The notes: generated by a model not told the origin, from the sequence alone. A DNA stretch of 64,000 nt from an uncultured Nitrososphaeraceae archaeon (GCA_963837175.1 CAWIMJ010000047.1:1-64000), one strand, 5' to 3'. Counted from the first letter of the stretch, positions 53,269 to 64,000 are shown. Program-made: numbers and translations.

Positions 53269-54548
53269 GATAATAACTCAAATCTAGTAGATATAAAATC
53301 ATCCTAAATTCTAAGCTTTGCCAAAATCCTCAAAATATGCAATTATTTGCGTTAGTTTCAATTATATAATTTTATATGATTTGCCAATAAAATATTTTGT
53401 ATTGATAATATTAAAGTTAATTATAAATCTATAATTGTGCCTTTTAGTATTGTATTCACAAGAAGTTTTCATCATTTTTCGTATGATATCCATACTTTTT
53501 ATATATTATGATCTCGCTTTGCATCCATATATGTGTGGCAAATTTCGTTGACTAAAAGTAGTATTTGCATATAATATTATAATCTATTTCTTTGACATCA
53601 AAATTACCGATGGCAAATATTCTAGTTGTTTGTAGAAAGCTTGTTATCTCTAATTCTATATCTTGTATTGTGAGCTTGACGATAAGCTACTGAAATTCGG
53701 AGTGTTCAATGAGTTATTATATTACTTCATATTGGATACACATTTTCTTATTTTAAATCTGAGCCTTATTGATTAAGGGACTCTTCTGTTCATTTGGTGT
53801 TACTTTAAAACCAACAATTTTCTTTCCTTGGCTTGGTGTGGTTGCCTTTTGTGCATTAAATTAGAGCGGTGTAAAATGTCGTGTAATTTTTTTAAAATCG
53901 TGTATTGTCGTGTAATTATGGGCTACACTAAAGTACACTAGAATATATAATTTTTCTTTTAGTTGCACTTTATCGTCATTTTTCCTAGGCTACCGAGAGA
54001 GCCCGGTTAACTATATCATCCATAGTATCTCCGTACTGACTTGTATTCAGGTCATTATGAGTTTGCTTAGCTATCTTAATCTTTACATTATCATATGGTA
54101 ACATGAATACAATTCAGATAATACAATTAGCGCATTTAATGCATTTTACTTGTTTAACTCAACATACCAGTTTAACTCAGTTGTGCAGTTAAAAATAGGC
54201 GGTATTAGTATTGGTATCGCGATATACATTGATGTCAACACAAGCAATTTGTATTGAGACCAAAGAAACTCGGTTAACTTTTGGAATTGCTATAATATAT
54301 GGCTATAATAATTTGGCCATTGCTCGCTATTTTTGATTACCATAATGGTACAAACTAAGAGTGCATCTTCTCATATTATCTAGATTGTAATGCTTGTTCT
54401 AAAACACCAAGATTTACGAATAATAGAAAGTAATGTAAGGTATACTCCTGCTTCTACTCTTTACTCTAATTTCTAGTTTTTATTGCTAATGAGATTTAAA
54501 TAAATCCTAACTCTTTAAATATTCGATTAGTTCCCTTAAATTGATAGA

Positions 54549-55316
54549 GTGTTAAGTATACGGCCTATACATTCTAAGGCTGCTTTGCTAATTGACGAAC
54601 AGACAAAAAGACGTAGATATCTAGCAATATCAGATTTGCACATTGGTTTTGAATCTCAGATGAGTACAAGAGGAATTAATATTGACGAACAGACATTTTT
54701 TGACGAAATTAGAAAAGAATTAGCTGATCTCATCAACTTCAACAAAATAGATGCTGTCATTTTACTTGGAGATCTTAAGAATAGTATCCAAACTATTAAT
54801 AAATATGAATGGCAGATGATCCCTCAGTTCTTCAAATTCCTTTCTGAAGTTACGGATATTTATCTGGTGCCAGGTAATCATGACAGCAACATAAGGTTCC
54901 TAATGCCAGAAAATGTCAATATCATGGGCAGCAAGGGAATGATTCTTGATGATACACTTTTTATTCACGGCCATACAATGCCAACGATAGCTAAGGCGAG
55001 TATAAAAAGAATTGTTATGGGTCATATTCATCCGGTATTTCTTAGACACAATAGCGTGATTAACGGACAGAGAGTCTGGATATATCTTAAATTAATAAAA
55101 AAGGCAATATTTCCCGCTACTCAAGGAGATCTTGATATCGTTATAGTTCCTGCGTTTAACAGGTATATTTACGCGATTAATGCAAGACATTATACAAAAT
55201 CTATTTCGCCAATAATAACCAAAGCCATAAAGTCAAATGCAGTTCGACAGGCTCTGCTTGTATCATTGGATGGTTCCATAGTAGGTGATATAGAGAGTCT
55301 TCTGGAAATAATTTAG
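54549..55316 (+). CDS. Calcineurin-like metallophosphoesterase
   Basis: SDLHIG, LGDLK, GNHD, HGH, GHIHP, PAFN. Confidence 0.88.
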   Translation: MLSIRPIHSKAALLIDEQTKRRRYLAISDLHIGFESQMSTRGINIDEQTFFDEIRKELADLINFNKIDAVILLGDLKNSIQTINKYEWQMIPQFFKFLSEVTDIYLVPGNHDSNIRFLMPENVNIMGSKGMILDDTLFIHGHTMPTIAKASIKRIVMGHIHPVFLRHNSVINGQRVWIYLKLIKKAIFPATQGDLDIVIVPAFNRYIYAINARHYTKSISPIITKAIKSNAVRQALLVSLDGSIVGDIESLLEII

Positions 55317-55357
55317 TTATTTCTTTTTAAATAATGTGCACATGTATATTCTACGGC

Positions 55358-58300
55358 TTAGAATACAACGTACGGTTTTAGCGGAGCCAAAGTAGGAGAA
55401 TGTGTTTTTAACCATTCCAGAGTTTTGGTAAAAGACGAAGCTGATTCGATGGTGGTTAGAACAGGAATGCCTAGTTCTACTGCCTTTCTCCTTATCTGAT
55501 ATTCATCGTACAGCATTCCTACATATCTTTCAATTGTAGATGTAGAAGGAATGTTTATTATAAAGCTAATTTGTCGTTCAAATAACAAATCTGAAATATT
55601 TGGTTTTCTGTCTGGCTCACTTATCTTATAAACTTGTTGAACATTTTTGAATTTGTTGTTTTCGATAAACTCTGCTGTATGTTCAGTAGCCATAATATTA
55701 TATCCCATAGCAGAGATTAAAGAGATTATTGGCAGCAATTTCTCCTTGTTCTTTTGTCCTCCGATTGTAATTAGAGCTGAGCCTGATAACGGAAGGGAAT
55801 AACCAGGCAGCTAGGTATGCTTTGGATAAGGCATCGTAAAAGCTTTCGCCAAAGCATGCCACTTCTCCAGTTGATTGCATTTCTACACTTAATACAATAT
55901 CTGCGCCTTCTAATTGCATAAAAGAAAATTGGGGGACTTTGATTCCAAAGCCTGTAGCCTTTAACCAAATATCCTTGGTATGTTTGGGCAGTTGGTGACC
56001 TGTCATTGCTCGCGCTGCCAGATCAATCAAATTCATACCTACAAACTTTGAAACAAAGGGCATCGACCTAGAAGCTCTAACATTTGCTTCAATTACTGAG
56101 ACCTCGTCATCCTTTACTAGATATTGTATGTTAAATGGTCCCTTAATTTTTAAAGCCTTGCCTATTCTTGTTGTATAATCTATGACCGTTTCAATAGTTT
56201 TCCTATCAAGTCTCCAAGGAGGAATGCACATCATAGCATCACCTGAATGAATGCCGGCATTATCAATATGTTCTATAAGAGAGCCTAAGATGACTTCATT
56301 TCCATCAGCTACCGCGTCGACCTCTACTTCTGAAGCCTCCTGTAAGAATTTGCTTATCACTATAGGATGATCGGGACTAATATTTGTTGCATCAGCTAAA
56401 AACTGCTCTAGTTGTTGTTCGCCCCATACGACTTTCATTGCTGCACCACTTAAAACGTAAGAGGGTCTGACCAGTACAGGATATCCTACGATGTCAGCAA
56501 ATTCCTTTGCTTCTCTTAGTTCTGTGAATTTTTTCCATGCCGGCTGTCTAATATTAAGCGAATCTAATAACTGCCCAAACTTTTCTCTATCTTCTGCTCT
56601 ATCAACATCCTCGCTGCTCGTTCCAATAATCTTAATACCATGTTTAGAAAGGTGCGGTGTAAGGTTATTTGCTATTTGACCTCCGACGCAAGTAATAACT
56701 CCGCTGGGTTTCTCATTCTCATATATGTCCATGACTCTCTCATAGGTCAATTCTTCAAAATACAACCTATTAGAGACATCATAATCTGTTGAAACCGTTT
56801 CCGGATTACAATTAATTATGGAAACTTCTTTAATGCCATTCTGTTTCAAGGCCCACACCATATTGACTGTTCCCCAGTCGAATTCTACACTACTACCAAT
56901 CCTGTATGGGCCAGCGCCTAGGACTATTGCACTTTCTTTACTGTTCTCAATTAGTATGTCATCAGTCTGACCACCATATGTCATGTACAGATAATTTGTT
57001 TTGGCCGGCCATTCGGCAGACAATGTGTCGATTTGCTTTACCACTGGTTTTATTCCGAATTTCTGTCTTATCTCTCTGCACTTAAATTCGTCTAATCCTA
57101 AACATCTTCCAATCTGTCTATCAGAAAAACCAATCTTCTTGGCTTCTTTTATTAAATCTACATCAAGGTTTGAATTTCGCAACTTTCCTTCCATAACTAA
57201 AATATTCTTAATCTTCATCAAAAACCATGGATCAATAGCAGAGAGTTGGTTTATCCTATTAATTGTCATGCCAGCCCGAATAGCTTTAACAATAGTAAAT
57301 ATTACTTCATCATTTGGGTGCAATAATGCCTGTTCTAAAGCCTCAGTATATTCACCGGAATCAGCAGTCTCATTGTCGAGATTGGCCACTAAGCCATCCT
57401 TGCCAATGTCGCACATTCTGATTGCTTTCTGGATTACTTCTTCAAAACTGCGACCGATTGCCATTACCTCACCTACTGATTTCATTGTGCTTCCTAGCTT
57501 GCGTTTAACAAATTCAAATTTTTTAAAGTCCCATCTGGGCATCTTTAATACAATATAGTCAAGTGAAGGTTCAAAGCAAGCTGTAGTTGCCTTTGTGATT
57601 CTGTTGATAAGTTCAGGTAGCGAGTACCCAAGGCTAATTTTTGCCGCCATGTATGCCAGAGGATAGCCTGTTGCCTTACTTGCAAGAGCAGAAGATCTAG
57701 ACAGTCTGGCATTAATTTCTATAGCACAATACTCTTCTGATTCTGGATTTAGACCAAATTGTATATTACATTCGCCAATGATATCACAGAAAGTGGTTGC
57801 TCGAATTGCAGCGGATCGTAGCATTTGATATTCAAAATTATTGAGAGTTTGTGAAGGTGCGACAACTATGTTGTCGCCTGTATGAACACGCATTGCTAAA
57901 ATATTTTCCATATTGCAAATGATTACACTATTGCCTCCAGCGTCTCGCATTACTTCATATTCGATTTGTTTCCAATGACCCACATATTTTTCAATTAGAA
58001 CCTGATGGACTATACTAAGAGAAAGCCCTCGGTTAACTATTTCTTCTAACTCGTATTCGTTATATGCAACACCTCCTCCTTTTCCGCCGAGAGTATATGC
58101 AACTCTAATAATAACAGGATAGCCAATTCCCTGAGCGATCTTTAATGCCTCGTTGATCGTGTAAGCGGGTGCACTTGGTAATAGAGGAACACCAGATTTT
58201 ACCATGGCGTTTTTAAATAATTGTCTATCCTCAGTAATCTGTATTCCATGGATTTGCGTTCCTAAAACTCTTATTCCATATTTTTCTATTATTTTCTCTT

Positions 58301-58632
58301 GATAAAGTGATACCCCGCAGTTAAGTGCGGTTTGTCCACCAAAACCTAACATGATAGAATCAGGTCTTTCAGCCTCAATTATCTTCTCGACGTATTTAGG
58401 AGTAATTGGCAAAAGATAAACCTTATCAGCGAATCTCGTATCAGTTTGAATAGTAGCAATATTGGGATTTATGAGAACGCTCTTGATATTGTCTTCTTTG
58501 AGTGCTTTTAAGCATTGAGAACCGGAGTAATCAAAATAGCGGTCAACAATATTGACTTTCGCCTGCTTCTCCGATCTTAATAGCGCCACTACCTAATACG
58601 AGAACTTTCTTTATGGTTTCATCTTTTGCCAA
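55358..58632 (-). CDS. carB: Carbamoyl-phosphate synthase large subunit; exon 1 58632-58558, 22-nt BHB intron, exon 2 from 58535; extra 1-nt insertion near 55807
   Basis: TTG start with GAGGAGG SD; exon 1 MAKDETIKKVLVLGSGAIKIGEAGE joins FDYSGSQ; two ATP-grasp domains (HTGDN, HSGDA); MGS domain in 55358-55806. Confidence 0.93.
58536..58557 (-). other. Candidate archaeal bulge-helix-bulge mRNA intron in carB (AGUCAAUAUUGUUGACCGCUAU)
   Basis: Inner stem GUCAAU/GUUGAC, bulge AAA, 4-bp helix GGCG/CGCU, bulge AUU, exon-exon helix AUCGGAG/CUCCGGU; canonical cuts give GGC GAA UUU GAU. Confidence 0.85.
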
Positions 58633-59872
58633 TTTTCCTCCTCTTCCTAGCCTTTATATTTTCCTTAGTTAAAACTCTGGCTGTTTTTTTTATTCTATCC
58701 GATTTATTAAAGTCATTTATTATTTCTTTGAATCTGTCAAAAATAAACATGCAATCGTTTGGTCCTGGCGACGCTTCTGGGTGAAATTGAACAGCTATGA
58801 TTGGTTTTGATTCATGTTCGATACCTTCTATGGTATTATCATCAATATTAGAAAACCAAATCCTGAATCCTGTTTTATAAAGGTTTTTAGGATCTATTCC
58901 ATAGCCATGGTTCTGACTAGTTATGTATGTTTGGTTATTTCTTAGATCTCTACAAGGTTTATTCTGACCACGATGTCCGAATTTTAACTTGTAGGTATCT
59001 GCGCCTCCAGCTAAGGCAAGAATTTGATTTCCCAAACAGATCCCCAAGGTGGGTATAGATTTCTCAATCAATTCAGACGCTGTCATAACTGTAGCTGTGC
59101 AAGTTCTGGGATCTCCAGGACCATTGCTGATCACAACACCGCGTGGTTCATAGGATTTTATTTTTTCATATGGCGTATCCCATGGAAGACGGATCACTTT
59201 GTAGCCTAATCTAATAATATTGCGTATTATGCTATATTTAGTCCCAGTATCCAATAATACTATACATTCATTATTACTGGTTCCATACTCAGATGGTTGA
59301 TTAACTGATACTTCAGGCATAAAGTTTCGTCCTTCATAATCCTCGCTTTTGGCCAATTTTGATAACCTTACCTCGTCAATAGGATCTTTAGAAACTGCAA
59401 GAGCTCCGTTCATTACACCTTTGACCCTTAACTTTTTTGTCAGCTCTCGTGTATCTATACCATAAATACCGGGAACTCGCTCATCATATAACCACTCATC
59501 AAGAGTCTTCACACAACTCCAATGGCTTGCAACATGAGATAGGTCATGAATCAATAAGCCTTTAATCTGAATTTTCTCAGATTCAAAATATCTTGGCAAG
59601 CCGAATTTGTCTTTTATCCCGTAAGTAGGAACACCGTAGTTTCCAATAATTGGATAAGTCAGACACAATATTTGGCCTCGATAGGAGGGATCGGTGAGCG
59701 CTTCTGTATAACCGACCATCCCTGTATTAAAAACTATCTCTCCAGCAATCTCATCAGGATAACCAAAACCTGTTCCTGAAAATAAACTGCCGTCTTCGAG
59801 TATTAATCTCGCATTATATGCAGTATATTTAGATTCAAGAGTAGGAATTTTAGACCCTTTCAAGCTGTTCAT
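58619..59872 (-). CDS. carA: Carbamoyl-phosphate synthase small subunit
   Basis: GEIVFNTGMVGY, TDPSY, SNGPGDP, GICLG, GHRG.N, SQNHGY, QFHPEASPGP. Confidence 0.96.
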   Translation of the reverse strand: MNSLKGSKIPTLESKYTAYNARLILEDGSLFSGTGFGYPDEIAGEIVFNTGMVGYTEALTDPSYRGQILCLTYPIIGNYGVPTYGIKDKFGLPRYFESEKIQIKGLLIHDLSHVASHWSCVKTLDEWLYDERVPGIYGIDTRELTKKLRVKGVMNGALAVSKDPIDEVRLSKLAKSEDYEGRNFMPEVSVNQPSEYGTSNNECIVLLDTGTKYSIIRNIIRLGYKVIRLPWDTPYEKIKSYEPRGVVISNGPGDPRTCTATVMTASELIEKSIPTLGICLGNQILALAGGADTYKLKFGHRGQNKPCRDLRNNQTYITSQNHGYGIDPKNLYKTGFRIWFSNIDDNTIEGIEHESKPIIAVQFHPEASPGPNDCMFIFDRFKEIINDFNKSDRIKKTARVLTKENIKARKRRKIGKR

Positions 59873-60178
59873 GAAAGGGAATTTAAGTTTTTGGTCTGTG
59901 GTATTAGTTAACTAAAACTCTATTGAATACCGTAGCAAATACAATAAACTCAATAACGATAAGTTCACAGGATGGTAAGGAGGCAGTTTATAAAAAATAA
60001 TATGATAAAGTCGGGCCTTCTAATTTTAACCCTAAAATTTCAAACCGAAGCGGTCATAATACATTTTTGATCCTTTATATAAATGCCAGAATAGATATCG
60101 AAAGTTTGTTAGATTATTTGGCTCAATCAAATTGACTCCTATTATTTTAGAAATTTAAATAATACATGGATAAGAGTC

Positions 60179-61075
60179 TTAAAACTCGACTGTCTTGCGA
60201 TATAGCTCAAATCTTTTTTGGATATCTTCTCTGGTAATGGCAAGTAATCTCTTCACTCCAAAGTCTTCAACAGCGAACGCTCCCATAACGTTTCCATGAA
60301 CTACTGCTTCCTTGAAAGTCTTGATTTCGAGATTATCTTGCTGAGCTAGGTAACCAATGAATCCCCCCGCAAAAGCATCTCCTGCTCCTGTTGGATCCAC
60401 TATTTCTTCCATTGGATATGCTGCCGCAGGAAAAATGTAATCGTCCATGAATAACAATGAACCGTTCTCTCCTTTTTTTATAATTGTAAACTGCGGTCCC
60501 CAAGACATTATCATTTTAGCACATTTAATTAGATTAGCCGTCTTGCACAATAGTCTTGCTTCCTCATCATTAATCACTACTCCATTAACTTTGCTCATCA
60601 TTTTGATTACTTCATCCCTTTTGTTTAAAATCCAATACTCTATCGTATCACAAACTGTTAATTTGGGAGTTGGAAAAAATTCAAGTAACTTGATGTTTTG
60701 AATAGGATCGTTATTAGCTAGATAGATATATTTTGATTGTTTATAATCATTAGGTATTGTAGGTTCAAAATGCGCTATTACATTTAATTCTGTTTTATTA
60801 GTAGTACGGTGAGAAAGGTCATAGTCAAAGGTAGAATCATAATGAAACGTCTTATCTTGCAGGTTAGTGACAATTCCTCTAGTATCTAATCTATTGTCTA
60901 GAATCTCTCTATAACGTGATGGAAAATCAGAACCTGTAACTCCAACTATACAAGTACGTGTATAGAAGCTGGACGAAAGAGATGCAAACGTAGCCGCCCC
61001 TCCCATAATTTTTATTTCATTTCTAAAAGGTGTGCGGGTTGTATCTAATGCAATGGTTCCAAAGACTGTTAACAT
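60179..61075 (-). CDS. PfkB family carbohydrate/nucleoside kinase
   Basis: GGAATF, INDEEA, KKGENG, DPTGAGDAFAGG. Confidence 0.9.
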   Translation of the reverse strand: MLTVFGTIALDTTRTPFRNEIKIMGGAATFASLSSSFYTRTCIVGVTGSDFPSRYREILDNRLDTRGIVTNLQDKTFHYDSTFDYDLSHRTTNKTELNVIAHFEPTIPNDYKQSKYIYLANNDPIQNIKLLEFFPTPKLTVCDTIEYWILNKRDEVIKMMSKVNGVVINDEEARLLCKTANLIKCAKMIMSWGPQFTIIKKGENGSLLFMDDYIFPAAAYPMEEIVDPTGAGDAFAGGFIGYLAQQDNLEIKTFKEAVVHGNVMGAFAVEDFGVKRLLAITREDIQKRFELYRKTVEF

Positions 61076-61173
61076 ATTCCAAATTCAAGGTTTTGTTATT
61101 GAGTAAATAAACCTTAATCCTCAGCCTACGTTAATGATCAAATATATATTAAAATAAAAGCGCAATTGCAGTA

Positions 61174-61734
61174 ATGCGACTTATTATAGCAATAACTGGC
61201 AGTTCCGGAGTAATTTATGGAATAAAGACACTTGAGGTACTTAGAGATCTCAAACAAGAATCCCACTTAATCATAAGTAAATGGGGAGAAAGAAATGTGA
61301 TGATAGAAACTGAGAATAGTATAGAGTATGTGAAATCTCTTGCTTCCACGTTTTACAGTAATGATAATATGGCTGCTGCTATTTCAAGCGGGTCATTTAG
61401 AACAGATGGAATGGTTGTCATTCCTTGTAGCATGAAAACATTATCGAGTATTGCGAATGGGTATGACGATAATCTTATATCTAGGGCTGCAGGAGTATGT
61501 ATAAAAGAATCGCGGAAATTAGTTATTGTACCACGGGAAACACCTCTTTCAAAAATCCATCTTGAAAATATGCTTAAGCTATCACAAATAGGTGTCATCA
61601 TTTTACCTGCAATGCCGGCTTTTTATCATAAACCAAAGACCATGGAGGATATGATCGGTCATATTGTTGGTAAGATGCTAGATCAATTCGGTATTGAACA
61701 TAATATTTTTAGAAGATGGTCAGAGCATCATTAG
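61174..61734 (+). CDS. ubiX: Flavin prenyltransferase
   Basis: ITGSSG, ISSGSF, PCSMKTL, VPRETPL, PAFYHKP. Confidence 0.93.
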   Translation: MRLIIAITGSSGVIYGIKTLEVLRDLKQESHLIISKWGERNVMIETENSIEYVKSLASTFYSNDNMAAAISSGSFRTDGMVVIPCSMKTLSSIANGYDDNLISRAAGVCIKESRKLVIVPRETPLSKIHLENMLKLSQIGVIILPAMPAFYHKPKTMEDMIGHIVGKMLDQFGIEHNIFRRWSEHH

Positions 61735-62018
61735 CCAGGCTCACTTGCTTTATTCTTATCCATTTTGTTAGCAATCTTCTTGGCTATTTTAAATGAAAAT
61801 CCCATGCCCATAAAAAAGACAATAGAACTAATAATAACCTGGCTGGCAACATCCGTGGTATAAGTTCTTACTAACAATAGAGCGATAATGCCTGGTATCG
61901 CCATGACCATTGCTACGATTGTACTTGCGGTGTAGTAAGCCGATTTTGAGACAGGATAATTATCAGAATTTTTGCCCGAGCTATCATTCAAGACATAGAT
62001 ATGGCGGGAAGAGACCAT
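61731..62018 (-). CDS. Hypothetical membrane protein (2 TM)
   Basis: Two hydrophobic helices and a basic C-terminal tail. Confidence 0.6.
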   Translation of the reverse strand: MVSSRHIYVLNDSSGKNSDNYPVSKSAYYTASTIVAMVMAIPGIIALLLVRTYTTDVASQVIISSIVFFMGMGFSFKIAKKIANKMDKNKASEPG

Positions 62019-62628
62019 ATAAATTATATTTATTAGGGCTTATTTGGATCTATGCATTTCTAATGTCTGAAGGGAACTGCAAACTGATGCATTAGATAAA
62101 GATGTGTAAATAAAATTGAGTGCTAAATAAGAGAGGCAATTTATGTTCAATTTAACATCATCATGATCATGAATGTAACTAAATTATAATTTCCCGGCAT
62201 CTGCAGCGAATGAATAGTATTATTACATTGATAGACATATTAACTGATTGATTAATTAATAATGATAATATATTACTCCCTCAAACATATGGATATAGTT
62301 AGTTGTAGTAAGGTATTCGTTTCTCATAAAATGAACTAATTACAACAGAAAAATTCTTTCGCCCCTTAGATCTCGACCTCTATCCTAGATAATAACATCA
62401 TAACCTTCGCCAAGGACCAAAAAAGTTTGTGGTGATATTTATCCTCATAAAACATATTAGTGAATGCATTAACGAATTAATTCCCTAGTGCCATCATCAA
62501 CTTAAGAGACACTATTATTACTTCTACAACCAGCATTAATACCCCTGTTATTAAGGAAAAAATTAAAGAAACTTATACTAAGTAGGAGAAGGAAGGAAGA
62601 GAATTAAAAAAACCTGAATAAACAAATC

Positions 62629-62800
62629 ATGAAAAGAACCCGAACTTTTACATTTGTTATGTAACTGTATCATTAGGGGTTTTCATCTTTCTATAATTAG
62701 TCAAGGAAGCCAACTACTTGTAACACCGGCAAGTCCATTTGCTTATGCCATATCAGAAATTAGTTATTCAGCAAACTAAATAGGAAAAGATATACAGACA
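62629..62800 (+). pseudogene. Possible decayed gene for a secreted protein
   Basis: MKRTRTFTFV.. / TVSLGVF.. / IISQGSQLLVTPASPFAYA read across frames like a signal peptide ending in AxA; broken by stops and frameshifts. Confidence 0.25.
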
Positions 62801-63221
62801 GACAATGTCATGAATTACCTAAACGAAGGTGAATATTTTCTGAAGTGCTGCCAAATCCTGATGAAGCAACAAAAAAAACAAAACAACATTATGGATAAGC
62901 TAGAAGAAATAATTGTATCAATAGACTAAATCAGATACATCAAATTCTGGGGCAGCACAAATTCTTTAATATGTATCAAAACACGAGGAATAATTTACAT
63001 AATTTGAAAAGCATGGTGATTCTTCAGCCCAGCATAGGCAAGCATACTCTGTCTGACTTGTAAATAGAAATTAATTACCTTGATCATTATTTGCATGAAA
63101 GGGTGGACGACTGATTTGACATAGTGAGATAAAAAAAATTTTTCTGATTTACCGATCGATTTTATCACACCTCTATGCGCTGCTTTTTATTCTTGCAGTC
63201 TTGACCTTAAGATTTCAAATG

Positions 63222-63800
63222 CTATAGTATCCGCATTGAGTCATTTTCCCATAGCCGCATTCGATCTAACTTGGATTTCCTTTTTGCCTCTTGCAACATA
63301 TTGTAGACATTCGCATGCGATCTTCCTTTCGATAGCATAGTCACCGCTTCTGTCGCAAGCTTTATTTCTTCAAAGGTTCCAATGAGTCCAACAGTATGAC
63401 CATAGATCGACATATAAGCTCCACTTATCTCTTCGATTGTTTTCCTAGATTTTCCGGCTTCTCCAATTATTCTTCCTTTGATTCTGCTTAGAGAATTAGC
63501 AGATTTGCCAGTATAATCTCTCAGATCAACTAACTGCAAAATTTCTTCTTCCCCTAGCAATCTATATGCACGCTCCGGGGAGAACCCTTTGGCAATAGCA
63601 GAGACTATCTCGACAGCTTTGAACGGTTCCGTTTCAATTATCGGCTTTGAAGTAGAGGAAATTATCGCATTCCCGTTTTCACCATCGACCTCAATTGTGA
63701 CATTACATTTATCCTGAATCTGTGTTTTCACCTTGCCATTTTTTCCAATAATAACGCCTATTCTATCGTTTGGAATTTTTATTACTTGCCGAAAGATCAA
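63222..63800 (-). CDS. KH-domain rRNA processing protein (Pno1/Dim2 homolog)
   Basis: RIGVIIGKNG, AIAKGFSPERA, RIKGRIIGEAG, H..VY. Confidence 0.9.
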   Translation of the reverse strand: MIFRQVIKIPNDRIGVIIGKNGKVKTQIQDKCNVTIEVDGENGNAIISSTSKPIIETEPFKAVEIVSAIAKGFSPERAYRLLGEEEILQLVDLRDYTGKSANSLSRIKGRIIGEAGKSRKTIEEISGAYMSIYGHTVGLIGTFEEIKLATEAVTMLSKGRSHANVYNMLQEAKRKSKLDRMRLWENDSMRIL

Positions 63801-64000
63801 TTTATTTCTCCTACAATTCTCTTTATTACTTATTCGTTTTATAAAATTTTAACATTATACTCCGCTTAAAAATAGTTATAATAATTATATCATGTTTCAA
63901 AAATTGATATGATCAAAATGTTAACGTCTCCTGACTAATGCAAGTCAAAGAAGATGAGTCGTGCAAAACTAGCATCTTAATATATGCTATAGTAAGGCAG

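Noticed and set aside
5964-55811. Treating the 1-nt frameshifts as true pseudogenes, programmed frameshifts or further introns
   Set aside because: The genes are core and show no other decay; no slippery heptamers are evident; one base restores each conserved motif, leaving no room for a BHB intron
55698-58589. ORF-track 963-aa CarB starting at 58589 (MALLRSEKQAKVNIVDRY..)
   Set aside because: The N-terminus is an out-of-frame read of exon 1 plus the insert and lacks the conserved GSG.I.IG motif; the real start is TTG 58632 with an SD
2639-62095. Numerous 60-185 aa ORFs antisense to or nested in identified genes (e.g. 3509-3940, 9906-10448, 17864-18322, 57001-57558)
   Set aside because: Shadow ORFs of well-supported genes, with no motifs of their own

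Overview
AT-rich archaeal chromosomal segment, most likely from a soil ammonia-oxidising archaeon of the Nitrososphaeraceae (Nitrososphaerota/Thaumarchaeota). Supporting signs: archaeal 23S rRNA 3' end with no linked 5S, FBP aldolase/phosphatase, methylmalonyl-CoA mutase/epimerase of the 3HP/4HB cycle, CofE plus an LLM oxidoreductase, and TATA boxes about 23-24 nt before leaderless starts. Content is mostly core metabolism: ATP synthase subunit I, fbp-tpiA, mcm/meaB/mce, ilvB-ilvH-leuA-leuB, thi4, trxB, cysteine synthase-TusA, cofE, serB, proS, purN/folD/purD, carAB, ubiX. Top observation: carB is interrupted inside its conserved IGEAGE|FDYSG motif by a 22-nt insert (58536-58557, minus strand) that folds into a bulge-helix-bulge (BHB) motif. 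Cutting at the canonical splicing-endonuclease positions restores the frame exactly, so this is a candidate archaeal mRNA intron outside cbf5. Second: an unannotated 34-codon Leu/Val-rich leader ORF sits at the predicted transcription start of the ilv/leu operon, resembling an attenuator. Also seen: a shared 25-bp operator-like motif upstream of meaB-mcm and mce, about eight single-base frameshifts that look like sequencing errors (four at GCWGC), a probable CTG start codon, and small genes missed by the ORF track. No CRISPR array, tRNA or intact transposase was recognised. All calls come from reading the sequence; no searches were run.
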